A stretch of DNA of 64,000 nucleotides, from positions 464,226-528,225 of the forward strand of contig OZ025699.1 in NCBI GenBank assembly GCA_964019335.1, read 5' to 3'. The translations under genes and the position numbers were made by a program. Position 1 is the stretch's first letter, and every line of letters starts with the position of its first letter. Below are positions 33,914 through 45,574 of this stretch, one piece after another. The notes under the pieces were generated by a model that was not told where the DNA came from, ran no database searches, and was given only the letters and a program-made list of their open reading frames with translations. The stretch is from Diplonema japonicum (taxonomy: Eukaryota > Protista > Euglenozoa: Diplonemea).

Positions 33914-34581
33914 GGCAAATTGAAAAAGTGACTTTATCGGCGTTATAAGGCTACAGACCCCCCCCCCCCCCCCCCCCCCCCGGCAATACAAAAAAATCGG
34001 CGTCGGGAAATGAATTTGGGTGATTTTCTTCTTCTTCCCCCTCCCCCATAGCAGTTTTAGCTTGTGACTTTTATTATACTGGTGATGTGACTGTTCCCGG
34101 CGGTCGGGTAGATGCTCCCAAAGAAGTGTAGAAAAAAAAATGTTCCCCCCTCCCAAAAAAAAAAAAAAAAAAAAAAACCTTTCACTAAAATCCCAATTAG
34201 AACGAGCTCCACCCCCTTTTTTTTTATGTTTTGTTCAGTCCTATGCCTCATATCTATATAGTGCCCCAGGTGCTCATAAAACGTGTCTCAAGAGAGATCG
34301 ACCCCCCTTTTTTTTTGAAGAGAAAAACAACGTGCACGGCACCAAATAACTTTTTTTTTTTTTTTTTTTTACACCGTACGCGGTCTACTTACGTGGTTCA
34401 GTGGACAAAAAAAGATTGTGGGAATTCTGCTTACAGACTTAGGTGGTTAGGTGGAAAAAAAAAAAAAAGTTAACAGGTCACTGTGTATTGGTGTTTCTTT
34501 CTTTTTTTTTTTTTTATTATTATTCTTCCCTTCGAGCATTCCATGTAACTTAATAGACTCTAATCACTTTAGAGATATGAG

Positions 34582-34618
<37 letters not shown>

Positions 34619-34821
34619 GAAAGAAAAAAAGGAAAAGAAGAAGGAAACTTCACTGCTGCTTTCATCATTAAAGCCGCACCCTGGCAAAGTCATGAAGGGG
34701 GGGACACGTTTATTTTTTCTTCTTTTTTTTTTTTAGCTACATACTGTAAAGTGAAAAAGGCCTGTCGGAAGGCTTTTAAACTTTTCTTAAAACTTGAACA
34801 GTGGGCTGCACGCTGAAATCT

Positions 34822-34852
<31 letters not shown>

Positions 34853-35115
34853 CCCTTTGCCAAAGGGCACCGCAAGATTCGAAAAAAGACTTAGAGACGT
34901 TTTGCCAGGGGGGGTTTTTTCACTTTACAGTATTCCCCCCCCCCCCCCCCATGACCATTCTCATGCCACGGGTTGGAACATGGCTGGATCGTGCTGGGGA
35001 AAACAAAAAAAAAAGACAAGATCAAGAAACATATAACCTACATTTGTTCGTAAAGGGATGTATTGCATATTAAATTTAGTTTTTTTTTTTTTTTTCTTTT
35101 TTTTTTTTTATTTCC

Positions 35116-35221
35116 AACAATATTATTGTCGAGACTAAAAACTAGTTGTTGGCAGCGTAACGAGATATTTTATTAAGTAAAATCCTGCTCGTGCGCACAA
35201 ACACATGACGCGCCAAACTAG
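35116..35221 (+). repeat. Short dispersed element ending in CTAG + T-tract (other copies 56680-56784, 59834-59868; inverted left end 57015-57046)
   Basis: AACAAT..TATTGTCGAGACTAAAA(A)CTAGTTGTTGGCAGCGTAA ... GCTCGTGCGCACAAACA.ATG..GCGCCAAACTAG recurs. Confidence 0.8.
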
Positions 35222-35261
35222 TTTTTTTTTTTTTTTTCTTTTTTTTTTTTCTTTATCTTTT

Positions 35262-35594
35262 AGGTGGTGGGGATATCACAGAAATATGGAAATATAAAGA
35301 AGTACATCAGATGTGTTGTTCGCTGTTGACCTCCTCGTCGGTCATCACCGGTAGCACCCGAGTGGAAGAACGTAACGCAGATGCTCAGGGTGACGAACAG
35401 GCAGAAACTGCACGGGCTCAGAATCTTGGTTACCAGGGGCACCATGGCTGGGGTTGAGTTGCACACCGCACGCATTAAGGACACGACGCGGAACGCAGAA
35501 GAAGCTACAACTCGGCCGAGGCGCGCCCCCTGTAATCAAGTAGACGATACTTGTGCAGGGCGCCCTGCCACATACTGCAGGCACCCTTAAATAG

Positions 35595-35595
<1 letters not shown>
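35262..35595 (+). repeat. ~300-bp SINE/MITE-like dispersed repeat (other copies 54857-55128, 58715-58986)
   Basis: Shared CATCAGATGTGTTGTTCGCTGTTGACCTCCTCGTCGGTCATCACCGGTAGC ... GGAACGCAGAAGAAGCTA ... TGTAATCAAGTAG; each copy is preceded by a T-rich tract. Confidence 0.85.
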
Positions 35596-35635
<40 letters not shown>

Positions 35636-35929
35636 CCCTTCCCTTCTTACTCGGGCGGAGATGAAAAAAAAAAAAAAGAAGAAGAAAAGAAAAGAAAACT
35701 GAGAGAAAAAAAGAAAGAAAAAAAAAAAGACAAATTTTATCATGTTGTAAACCAAAGCAAAATCTCTTTTTCTTTTCTCGCTTTTCTCTTTTTTTTTTTT
35801 TTTTTTTTTTCCGTGCAAGAATGAGTATTTTGACTTGAAAAGCACTTGGAGGGGGGGGGGGGGGGGGGGCAACGTGTTTACGGGTTATAAAACTTCTCCA
35901 AGTTTTTAGCCAATTCCTTTTTTTTTTTT

Positions 35930-37312
35930 CGATCCCCTCTCCTATGTGATATACCACTCCCTGAAGGTGGTGTCCGGAGCGCTCGACGACGAACGACTAC
36001 GACAGAGATGCATGCGGATCGCTGCGGGGTACGGCACGGGGTCCACCCCGATGGGACCAGTAGGCAACCTGGTCTGTCGGTGGCTCCCCTATATAGGATG
36101 GAGCTGGGCGCAATTGCTAGACTGTGGGAACAAACCCTGGCCGAACGCGGACACGTCTTTAGGGACGCGGTGAGGAAAGCCCGGAGCAGGTCGCTGGCGA
36201 ACGAGAGGAACACAGTGAGAGGGATGGAGGCGGGAGCGGATCCCAAAACCAACCAACTATGGAAAACAGCCAAAGACCCGCTCATGTCCTACTGCCTGAG
36301 ACGGGTTATCACCGGAGGGGTCCCCTACCTTAGCCCGCATGCAGGAACGAATCAAAGAAGCGTCCCCCTGGCACCAGAAGGTGACGGCACCGAAGAAGTC
36401 GAAGAGAGCATAAGCCAAGTCCCAACAACGACAGTATCACGCACACAAGGGTTCAGGTGCGACCTGTGTGAATCACCGTACCCGGACACGGTAACCCTAC
36501 TCCGCCACCAACTCTACGAGTGCGCCTGCGCACAGGAAGAGCTAGCACAGGACGGCTTGGAACCACTGCGCAACAGGACAGGATGGCCCCTATGTCTGGA
36601 ATTGCACGCGATTCTGCCGAGAGGACATGACTTTGCGTACCTAGAGAAGCTGCAACGATACTTAGCCGTGGTGGTTGAGAAACGAGACGTAGAGCTCATG
36701 CAGAAGGAGGATGTCAACACACAGCCGCTACCGTGGATTCGAAATGTGGTAGGTAAGAAATGCCCCGTTCCGATAGCTGGCGAGCTCGAAGGAATGAGCG
36801 GGGTCCTGTCCCAGTACCTGAACCCGCTGCTACAATGGTTGTCACAACTGCGCTGGGTGGAGAAGGACACCACCTCGGAGGTGTCGGCGGTGGAACTGGC
36901 CATTGACTTCGAATGGACGACCGGAAAGTCTTTGGGAGGCCTGCTGGAAGATAGGGCGCGCAGAATCAAAGCTCTCATCGTAAAGATAAACACAGCATGC
37001 AGGGCACGGAAGAAGCGACGCCCCTTCCCAGCGGACGAGAGAAAAAGAGTGAAGTCCCTCATCGCCATTGGAGGAAAGGCAGCTATTGGTTTCTCCAGGA
37101 GGCCTATTTTCGCCACCCGCTCCACGCACGACAAGCTAATGGAATTGAAAGCCGACTACAAGCGGGACCGCATCACACGACTCCGCAAGACGCTCACGGC
37201 CTCAATCGGAATGAAAGCAATGCTCCAGAAGGGGAGTATTAACAGATAGACCCCCCCCTCCCATAGGGCGGCCCTCTAGCGGGGGGCTTGTCCTGTACTT
37301 TGAGTTTTTTTT
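35930..37312 (+). mobile_element. 5'-truncated, diverged copy of the SL-headed LINE (ORF2 C-terminus and 3' end)
   Basis: ORFs 35946/36008-37249 align by eye with 27400-28718 (YHSLKVVSGALDD, RCDLC, ELAIDFEWTTG). Same 3' hairpin followed by TTTGAG(T)n; a T-tract also flanks the 5' side. Confidence 0.92.
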
Positions 37313-37736
37313 GAACACAACAATGAAGGGGGGGAAAAAAGAGAAAAAAAGAAAAGAAAAGGGAGCGCCGTTGTGCATAAACAAAAGAATAACTTGCCCC
37401 CCCCCCCCCCCCCCCCCTCCTTTTTTCCCTTCTAAGTTTATCGATGACGCCTTGTGAAGAAGAAAAAAAAGAAAAACTGTGGTCACGAAACCATAGTTAC
37501 AGGTGGGAGAAAGGAGGGGGGGGGGGGGGGGGGGGGATCGATCAAACCTCAGGCATACCCCATGACACGATTTTGTTATTAGAGGCAACTATCACAAAGA
37601 GAAGAAGAAGAGAAAAAAAAAAGAAGAAAAAAAAAAGAGAAGGGGTACTTGTAAAGCGGTATCTAGGGGGGGGGGGGAGGGCACCACCGACTGCTTCCCA
37701 CTCTGCCAAGAAAACCCAGAGGGTACTTCTGTTCCT

Positions 37737-37785
<49 letters not shown>

Positions 37786-38591
37786 TTGTTTCCCATTTCT
37801 CATACTGTCACCACCCCCTGTAAATCTGGGCCATTGGTCCTTCGTTTCTTTGAGTATGTTAGTTCAGGCCCCCGCCCCTCCCTTACCCACTAAAAAAAAT
37901 TTTTTTTTTTAAAGTGTCTCGCAAAATAAGCATTCTTTCTTTCCTGTAAACAAAACAAAAAAGAAGAAGAAAAAAATCGTTTTAATATATATGCTTTCGT
38001 CATTTTTTTTTCCTTTTTTTTTTTTTATTCTCGCACTCGGCGACCTTAAATTTTTTTTTTCTCCTTCTTTCTTTTCCCCAGAGATTTTTTTTCTTCTTTT
38101 TTTTTATTGAATGGGGTTCTCGCCTCTTCCCTTTTTGTGAAGGTTTAAAAAAAAAAAGGAGGGAAAAAAGGAGGTTTTTTTTTCTTTTTTTTTTTTTTGC
38201 ATTGCTGTTCTCCCCTTCCCTTCTTTCCTCCCCCCATTTTTATTCTCATATCTCCAAACATTTTCCATCATTTTTTTTTCTTCTTTTTTTTTTTCTTTTT
38301 TTTTTTTTTCTCTTTTTTTTTTTTAAGGGAACACAGGACAAGGCCGGGTCCCTAAGATACTTATTCAAGACTGGCCCCATTTTTATAGTTATGGTTAACC
38401 GGTGAGGAATCAACATTTCCTTTTTTTTTGTAGTACCGCAAACTAAAAGGGAAAAAAAAAAAAAAATCAAGGCCACGACAGAGAAAAGGATGGTTTGAAT
38501 GGCAGCAACGATCTGAAATCAAAAACAAAAAATTCCCGTCCATGTTCAAACAAACTCGGATGATGTGTCGCTTTTAAAAAAGCGACACATC

Positions 38592-38628
<37 letters not shown>

Positions 38629-39757
38629 AGAAAGAAGATTTCCCGTTTCTTGCCAACATAGCCCGTAGTATAAAAAGCCCCCCTAAAATCCCCATGCAAA
38701 GGTTGTTTTTTTTTTCTTCAGTTTTTTCGAAGAAAAAAAAAAAAAAAAAAAAAAAAAAAAACGCTTTTTCTAAGGCCATTTCGACCATTTACCTTGACCC
38801 AAAACCCCGTCAAAAAAACACCCAAAAATGTGCCAGGATGTGGCACCTGGGGGGATGTGCCTGACGCGGTAAAGATGCCACGTGACCCACCACCACTACC
38901 ATCTTGTATTCTGGAAAAAAAAAACACCTTTGCATGGGGCTTTTGATACCCCCCAACCCTCTCCTCTTTTTTTTCTTTTTTTTTTTTCTTCTTTTTTTTT
39001 TTTTTCTTTTCTTTCCTCATCATAAAAAACAAGACACACTGAAACAAAACACCATGGGATAGAAAACCCAAGGGCTCCTGAGCAAAGTTGAAGGGCTTCT
39101 TTTTTTCTTTTACCCCCCCCCCGTCTGCCCCGGAATAAATAGTTATTTATCTTTCAGCACACCTTTTCCTTCACACGCACTTTTGTTCCTCTTGGGTCCT
39201 TTTTTTATTTCTTCTTTTTTTTTTTGCTGCCATGGAGAAAGAAAGGGGAGGGGGGGTTTTTTTTTTCTTTTAAATGGGCTTTTTAATATTTTATGTAGTC
39301 TTTTTTTTTTTTTTTTTTTTTTTTCTTCTTCTTTTTTTTTTTTTTTTTCATTGGCGGCCCTTCCCCCCTCCCTTTTTTTCCTCTTGCCCCACCCCTTTTG
39401 TTCCCGATTTTTTTTTTACTTCTATTTTTTTTTTTTTTTTTTTTTTGTAATCGCGCCGCCAACACCGGCCTCCTTTAACTCATATATTTTTTTTCATTTA
39501 TTTATGTCCTGTCGGCATACCTGTTTCAAGGAGACACAAGCTTGTCTCAAGCGTACACGTGGGGAAACCTGGACGGGTGGCGCCAGGTAGCAAGAGAGCA
39601 TCGCCTCCCATTAGGTTGTTTCACCAGGTCTGGCAAGTAGCCTCTCCGCGGCCTTGTGACAGCCTCCCACAACATATGCTCCTCCCTATCGAGGCGTTTT
39701 TTCGGGCTGGGTATCCATCATCTAAGGGGGAGAAAAGAACCATATGTTTGTGCTGTG

Positions 39758-42697
39758 ATGTCGAAACACATAACCCATGTAAAATATGCAGCTGTAGGCT
39801 TTGCCAGCCACGCGGTGCGCACCTTATTTGAACAGCTGGGAGGGTCTTGGGAGTGGGAGTATGGGGGAACGCTTGCCGTTGTTTTCTGCACGGGTGCGCT
39901 GGTCTTGCTGACATTTTTTTTCTTCGGCAGAACGGGAGAGCAAAAAGAACCAGAAGAAGGAGGTGGGTTGTTCTGGAGGAACTCATGGAGGACTTTTAAC
40001 AACGTGCTGAGCCCCTCTTCAGCCAGTTCGAGAACCCAGAATAATTCTTTCCGGCTTCTGTCCCCGCCTCCTCTCTCCACTCAGACCCACAACAGCTCGT
40101 TATTGTCGGCTCCTCTCTCTACTCGTTCTTCCTTAGCAATCGTGGTTACAAAATGTCCCCCATCCTATGCAGCAAAGCCCCTGTCACCCCTTCAAGAGAG
40201 TAAAGTGCGTGACGTGACTGTAGTTGTGTACCATTTCCGGTTCAATCTCGACAGCTTGCTGTCCGTTCGCCGCGAAGGCCCCGAGCTCGATACCCTGGTC
40301 GACGCCATTTCATCATTGCACGCCCGGTTCATGCAAAGCAGCACCGCCCGTTCTAAGGAACACTTCGTCGAAATGGAACCTGTTATTGGGATCGATTCCA
40401 TCAAGTTCCTTGTTTTCCCAACTGCTTCTGCAAAACGTGCAGTGGATCTTGCTGTTGTCCTGCATGAGGACTTCGAAAAAGCAGCGGCAACATGGATGGA
40501 TGAGTTGAAGACAGAGAACAACCTTTTCATTCAAGAGGAGTACGCCCCGTTCCAAAAAGCTGCGAGGGCAAAGAAATCGTTTCTCAGAGGGTTGTTGGAA
40601 CCTGTCGGGGACGAGCATGCGGCGTTGTGTTTCTCAGCCGGCATCGCGGCGGGGAAGATTATACAAATCGGCAGATCGTTAACACATTGCCCGGCAGGCT
40701 CGCGCGCACAGGTCATCGCAAGGCTGGGGGAAATCCTGAACGCAAGCATTTTGGTCGAAACCTTCATTGCAGAGAACGTCAAAAGCGTTGAGTTCAGACA
40801 CGTGAGCAACATTGACTACACTCCTGAGCTTGTCGAACCGTCTCAGAGAAGCAAACAGCTTGTCATGAAAGTCTTCGAGGTCACTGCGTCGGCCAATGGG
40901 AAAGACAACTTCATCATCGCCATGGAGACGTACTTTTCAGGCGACTATGAAGAATCGCAACTGTTGTTTTCTGTCATCCCCGACGACCGGATCGCTTCTG
41001 CGTATTCGTCACTTTGCGCGAAAGCCATCAAAGGGAACATATCCTCTCCGACCCAGTTCATTGGACACAGCACGTCGGTTCAAGCCCTGACACTGGGGCA
41101 TTCACGTGATCATACACCGGCAAAGATGAGCATGAGTGTGAGTACGAATATACGTCGTTCGACATGTCTTTCAACTGATGTGAACGGGTTGGTTGATCTC
41201 ATAGCGTCTTCTGCAGAATGTTCTGAAGGAGGCAGGACTTGTTCAAGCACGGAGGATGCGATTCGCATTCTTCAACGATGCCCCACCCGAAAAAGATTCA
41301 TCACCGAGGAGCAAAGTTTGTGCGATGTGATTGAGAAGCAAAGGCTGCGCAGGGAGATAACTTTCAAAGTCTTGTGTCTCTTCACCATCCTTTACTACCA
41401 CATCACCGTGCCCTTGCAGATCGGGCTGGATGTCAACTACCGTTCCATCCCGGCCGACGTGGTCTCGTACTTCATCTTTGCAGGACACCTGTTTTCAGAG
41501 TATGCACACAAACCCTCGCCGAACCCGGGAAGGATTCTACTCCACGTTGTACAAATCCTTCCAATAGAGCTTTTTATGCTCACGTTTGGACATTCATACC
41601 ATGAACCGTTTTCAAGGCTGAACAAACTGGTCTACATCCTGCTGTTTTCGGAGATGTGGGACGGTGTGTGGGGTGCCGTGTACCAGCTTACGCCGGTGTG
41701 GGTCACGCTGTCTAAGTTCCTGGTTCGAATTGGGGTCCTGGTGCATTTTGTGGCATGTTTGTGGTGGTGGTCGTTGCCCCAAAGCCAAAGATCGGCGACG
41801 GAGCAGGGCATCGAGTACATTACGTCCTTCGGGTGGGCGGTTCGAACGCTGCCTGGGTACGCAAACCGGTCTTGGCCCGATGATGACAAACAGCATTGGG
41901 TCTACTGTTTTGTCAGCATAACGGGCGTTGCAGCCTTTGCACTGACACTGGCCACCGCGAACGCGTTGATGGCCATCTCCGACCCAAACAAAAGAAGTTA
42001 CGAGGCGACCCTGGACGAAACCCTCGTCTGGCTTTCCATCAAAAACGCACCGAAGGACTTTATCGACGATGTAGTGTACTATTACAAATACTTGTGGTCG
42101 GTCACAAAGTCAATATCCACCAAGGAGTTCTCCTTTTTGGTGAAGGAGATCCCGAACTGTCTCCCGGCATTGCCCAGTTCAATCGCCGATCGGTTGCAGT
42201 TTCATCTGAACTCAAGCATCATCACGCAGGTTGATCTTTTCAAGCGGCAGACCGGGAACGTCCAGTTTTTAAATGACATTGTTTGCTCGCTTGACTTAGA
42301 AGCTGGTGTCCCGGGTGCGAAGCTCACCGAGCAGGATGAAGAAGGTGACTGTATGTACCTTCTCGCGCAAGGGTTCGTTGATGTTATCCTGGACCGATCG
42401 ATTATGGTCGCCTCCCTCTCCAGCGGTGCTGTCTTCGGTGAGATGTCGCTCATCTACGGCACCCGCCGATCATGCACCGTTATCTGCCGCAGCTATGGGC
42501 AGTACTATGTCTTGAGCAGGGTGAAGTTCGTCACGCTCGCCAAAAAGTTCCCCGAGTGCTTCCGAGACATCCTCAACATCGCCACAGCAAGGCACACTGA
42601 GCTCGAACAAATAAAAATTGCGAGCCCCAAGAATCTATCCAAGAGCGTTGAGAAGTCACCCAGATACAGAAAAGATCAGTCTTTTTATCTCAAATGA
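39758..42697 (+). CDS. Membrane protein: degenerate class III nucleotide-cyclase-like domain + cyclic-nucleotide-gated-type ion channel + cNMP-binding domain
   Basis: CNBD: GDCMYLLAQGFVDV...GAVFGEMSLIYGTRRSCTV. Pore/S6-like: YITSFGWAVRTLPGYAN...ITGVAAFALTLA. Upstream SAGIAAGKII...ARLGEILNASILVE resembles a cyclase fold. First in-frame ATG is 39758. Confidence 0.75.
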   Translation: MSKHITHVKYAAVGFASHAVRTLFEQLGGSWEWEYGGTLAVVFCTGALVLLTFFFFGRTGEQKEPEEGGGLFWRNSWRTFNNVLSPSSASSRTQNNSFRLLSPPPLSTQTHNSSLLSAPLSTRSSLAIVVTKCPPSYAAKPLSPLQESKVRDVTVVVYHFRFNLDSLLSVRREGPELDTLVDAISSLHARFMQSSTARSKEHFVEMEPVIGIDSIKFLVFPTASAKRAVDLAVVLHEDFEKAAATWMDELKTENNLFIQEEYAPFQKAARAKKSFLRGLLEPVGDEHAALCFSAGIAAGKIIQIGRSLTHCPAGSRAQVIARLGEILNASILVETFIAENVKSVEFRHVSNIDYTPELVEPSQRSKQLVMKVFEVTASANGKDNFIIAMETYFSGDYEESQLLFSVIPDDRIASAYSSLCAKAIKGNISSPTQFIGHSTSVQALTLGHSRDHTPAKMSMSVSTNIRRSTCLSTDVNGLVDLIASSAECSEGGRTCSSTEDAIRILQRCPTRKRFITEEQSLCDVIEKQRLRREITFKVLCLFTILYYHITVPLQIGLDVNYRSIPADVVSYFIFAGHLFSEYAHKPSPNPGRILLHVVQILPIELFMLTFGHSYHEPFSRLNKLVYILLFSEMWDGVWGAVYQLTPVWVTLSKFLVRIGVLVHFVACLWWWSLPQSQRSATEQGIEYITSFGWAVRTLPGYANRSWPDDDKQHWVYCFVSITGVAAFALTLATANALMAISDPNKRSYEATLDETLVWLSIKNAPKDFIDDVVYYYKYLWSVTKSISTKEFSFLVKEIPNCLPALPSSIADRLQFHLNSSIITQVDLFKRQTGNVQFLNDIVCSLDLEAGVPGAKLTEQDEEGDCMYLLAQGFVDVILDRSIMVASLSSGAVFGEMSLIYGTRRSCTVICRSYGQYYVLSRVKFVTLAKKFPECFRDILNIATARHTELEQIKIASPKNLSKSVEKSPRYRKDQSFYLK

Positions 42698-42752
42698 ATG
42701 TGGGCTCTCTCAATTTTCGTTTCAAACGTTTTTGCAGACAGGGAGAAAAAAA

Positions 42753-42825
42753 TGGTCGTGACAGGGCTCGAACCTGGGACCGTTGGCTTATTAGACCAAT
42801 GCTCTACCGACTGAGCTACACGACC
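42753..42825 (-). tRNA. tRNA-Ile (AAT)
   Basis: Reverse complement GGTCGTGTAGCTCAGTCGGTAGAGCATTGGTCT-AAT-AAGCCAACGGTCCCAGGTTCGAGCCCTGTCACGACCA folds to a cloverleaf; A/B boxes present; oligo-T terminator follows. Confidence 0.95.
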
Positions 42826-42832
42826 TGACGGA

Positions 42833-43240
42833 TTTTTTTTTTTTTTTTTTTTCAAAATACCAATGCAGGGCCGCCATGGAGAGCAACACCTGAGAAAAGG
42901 GAAAAAAAAGGTGAAGGGAAACCATGGGGAAATAGGGAGGGCAATGGACCAGGCTTCTGCAAGCAGGAGGAGCCCTGGTCCCCCACCAACCCGTGCTCTG
43001 CTTTGGGACAGCCGAAGAGGGCTGAATTACATTATTCCCTCAGTCAAGTGAGAGAAAAACGGGGGCCTACCTTCCAGCTGGATGTCCTTCTTTGGCTGGA
43101 ACCTCCGGCGGAAAGCCCCCCAGGGAGGTATTGCTCCTATTGAGCGAATCATTGGTGAGTGTGAAAATAAAATAAAAAGGGGAAATGGGAAACAGTGAGA
43201 GGAAGGTGAAGGAAGGGAAAGGAAAGTGGAAAACACAACA
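42833..43240 (-). mobile_element. Family-A (tRNA-targeting) retroelement, 3'UTR + poly(A) only
   Basis: Near-identical reverse complement of 53287-53696. TSD TGACGGATTT at 42826-42835 and 43267-43276. Confidence 0.92.
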
Positions 43241-43283
43241 CGGACGGATTTTTTTGGATTTACTTTTGACGGATTTACTTTTT

Positions 43284-43400
43284 AATAATAATAATAAATA
43301 TTCCACTACCAGGCGGGAGGATCGAAGGGGAGTAGAGAAAACCATTCAAGGGAAAGGGAAAGGGACATCACTTCAAACCAAGAGAGGTGTTTGAAAGTGA
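43284..43400 (-). mobile_element. Family-B element 3' end with (TTA)n tail (second copy 46970-47090)
   Basis: AATAATAATAATAAATATTCCACTACCAGGCGGGAGGATCGAAGGGGAGTAGAGAAAAC...GAAAGTGA occurs twice. Confidence 0.7.
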
Positions 43401-43899
43401 TTCTTTACTTTTTTTTTTTCCACTACCAGGCGGGGGGGATGGGGGGCGGAGAAAGTTGAAACCATAAAAACTGGGAAGGGAAGGTTAAAAACAGTCTCTC
43501 TTACTGAGCCATATCGGGGGGGACCTCTTGCTCGTTTGCTCGACCTCTTGTATATTTTCCTGGGGCCCCCGACATCCACCTTTCTTATTTTTTCCCCATT
43601 CCCCCGCCACGCAGCTCCTGGGCCTCGAAGGCTTCGGCTGTCACCAAATAAAGACAACCCCAAATATTAAAGACGATGAGATCCCTAATTTTGATTTATC
43701 CAGCCACAGGGACCCCACCATCTGCTGGTTTTGTTGGGCTGTGGGAGCCTAAAATATAAATTTGAAAAGGAAATGTAAAAGGAAAAGTCAAGTTCAGAAC
43801 TCAACTTCCACAAAGAAGGGAGGAATGCATAACTAGAAAAGGAGCCTGGTAGGGAAAATAAAAAGAAAGGGAAACCAATGGGGGAGGGGAAAAAAAGAA

Positions 43900-43903
<4 letters not shown>

Positions 43904-43931
<28 letters not shown>

Positions 43932-45081
43932 CAAAATACCAATGCAGGGCCGCCATGGAGAGCAACACCTGAGAAAAGGGAAAAAAAAGGTGAAGGGAAA
44001 CCATGGGGAAATAGGGAGGGCAAAGGACCAGGCTTCTGCAAGCAGGAGGAGCCCTGGTCCCCCACCAACCCGTGCTCTGCTTTGGGACAGCCGAAGAGGG
44101 CTGAATTACATTATTCCCTCAGTCAAGTGAGAGAAAAACGGGGGCCTACCTTCCAGCTGGATGTCCTTCTTTGGCTGGAACCTCCGGCGGAAAGCCCCCC
44201 AGGGAGGTATTGCTCCTATTGAGCGAATCATTGGTGAGTGTGAAAAAAAAAAGGGGAAATGGGAAACAGTGAGAGGAAGGGGAAGGAAGGGAAAGGAAAG
44301 TGGGAAACACAACATTCCATTTTACACACACACACGCGGGGCGATCCCTTAGCGCAGCACGGGGGCCGCGGGACCGGCGTCAAGAGAGACCGGAGGAGGG
44401 GGCGGCACGTTTGAAGGTGCAGTGACGTCTGTAGACGCCAGGGATGATGGCGAGGTGAACAGTCCGGAGCGTGACCAGGCGAGCAGGCCAGACTCAACAA
44501 CGAGGTCGTAGATCTGGGTCACGCGTCTCGACAGGGAGAACGCTAGGGAGGGAGTACCAGCAGGAGTGTCGATCGCCCCCCTCCCGATCACAGGGCACCC
44601 ACCGACAACATGCTCCCTGGACATCGGTGCTGCGTGGCAGGCTGGGCACCGGAGCACACCCTTGTGCTTCCTGTTCGGGCCAGCAGTCTGCAGGAAGCCG
44701 AAGAAAAGGGCCGAATGACCAATCCGCAGCCGCGAGATGACCGTTTCAGCTTGTCTGGGGAAGCCAAGGGGGAAGTGCGCTGACCGAAGCTCGGTCGCCA
44801 CCGCGTAGTTGTGGGCGAGGGATGTTATGAGCTCCGCGGACCTCCGCACCACCCACCGTCGCACCAAGGCCCTCACTGATCGGTAGTCAAGGGAGGGCCT
44901 GTCCTGCTTCCGCTTCGTTCCCTCCACGGCCAGAGCGTCAGCCTTCTCGTTCCCGTCCACCCCACAGTGGGAGGGCACAAACTGGAGGACCACCGGTGTC
45001 CCCTGCGTGCGCGCCGCGGTCACCAGCCGGCTCCACGTCTGGTGGTCGAGCTTCTCCCTCTGTCGCGTTGGGCCAGCTCGC
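43904..45081 (-). mobile_element. Family-A copy (RNase H C-half, CCHC, 3'UTR, poly(A))
   Basis: ORF 44349-45122(-) encodes the same peptide as the C-terminus of 49805-53257. Confidence 0.93.
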
Positions 45082-45138
45082 TGCGATCCCACCCACCAGG
45101 TAGCACCTGGGTCTCGAGGCATTAGCCGTCTCCTGTAA

Positions 45139-45273
45139 CAAGAGACGACCTCCCAGATTTTAAGAACCTTGGTGGAGTTTCAATTGTGAATAAATTAACC
45201 AGCTGACTGTGAAACTCCAGTCTGCTGGACTTGTTGGGCTTTCGGGAGCCAAAATTCAATTCATTTAAGTTTC

Positions 45274-45305
<32 letters not shown>

Positions 45306-45571
45306 CTTTTTTTTTTTCCCCCAAGATAAAAGACTTCAAATCAAGCTCGATCGTGTACACCAAAACTTGACTTTTCTGCCTTTTTTCTTTTTTTTTTTTT
45401 TCTTTTTTTTTTTTGAAAGGTGAGTGAAAAGTTCGAATAACACTGGGGGCGGGGGACAGGGGCCTGGTAATGGAAAATAAGGGAAGACACTAGGGAGGGA
45501 GGGGAAAGAATGGATAGGAGTGAATTGTAATTTAAAAAAATCCGTTGTATGAAGATGAACAGTACAGCTTC
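45139..45571 (+). mobile_element. Inverted 5' segment of the family-A derivative (homolog of 47218-47793)
   Basis: CAAGAGACGACCTCCCAGATTTTAAGAACCTTGG ... GATGAACAGTACAGCTTC is shared with 47218-47793. Confidence 0.8.
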
Positions 45572-45574
45572 AAA

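Noticed and set aside
37293-37301. CTGTACTTT match between the LINE 3' end and the SL
   Set aside because: Only 9 nt and not identical in the other copy (CTGCACTTT); insufficient to claim SL-gene targeting.
10866-39590. Many Lys/Phe-rich ORFs in intergenic regions
   Set aside because: Translations of poly-A/poly-T tracts.
43700-43903. A fourth tRNA downstream of the 43904 family-A copy
   Set aside because: No cloverleaf or A/B boxes; better explained as an older member of the tRNA-Ile stack.
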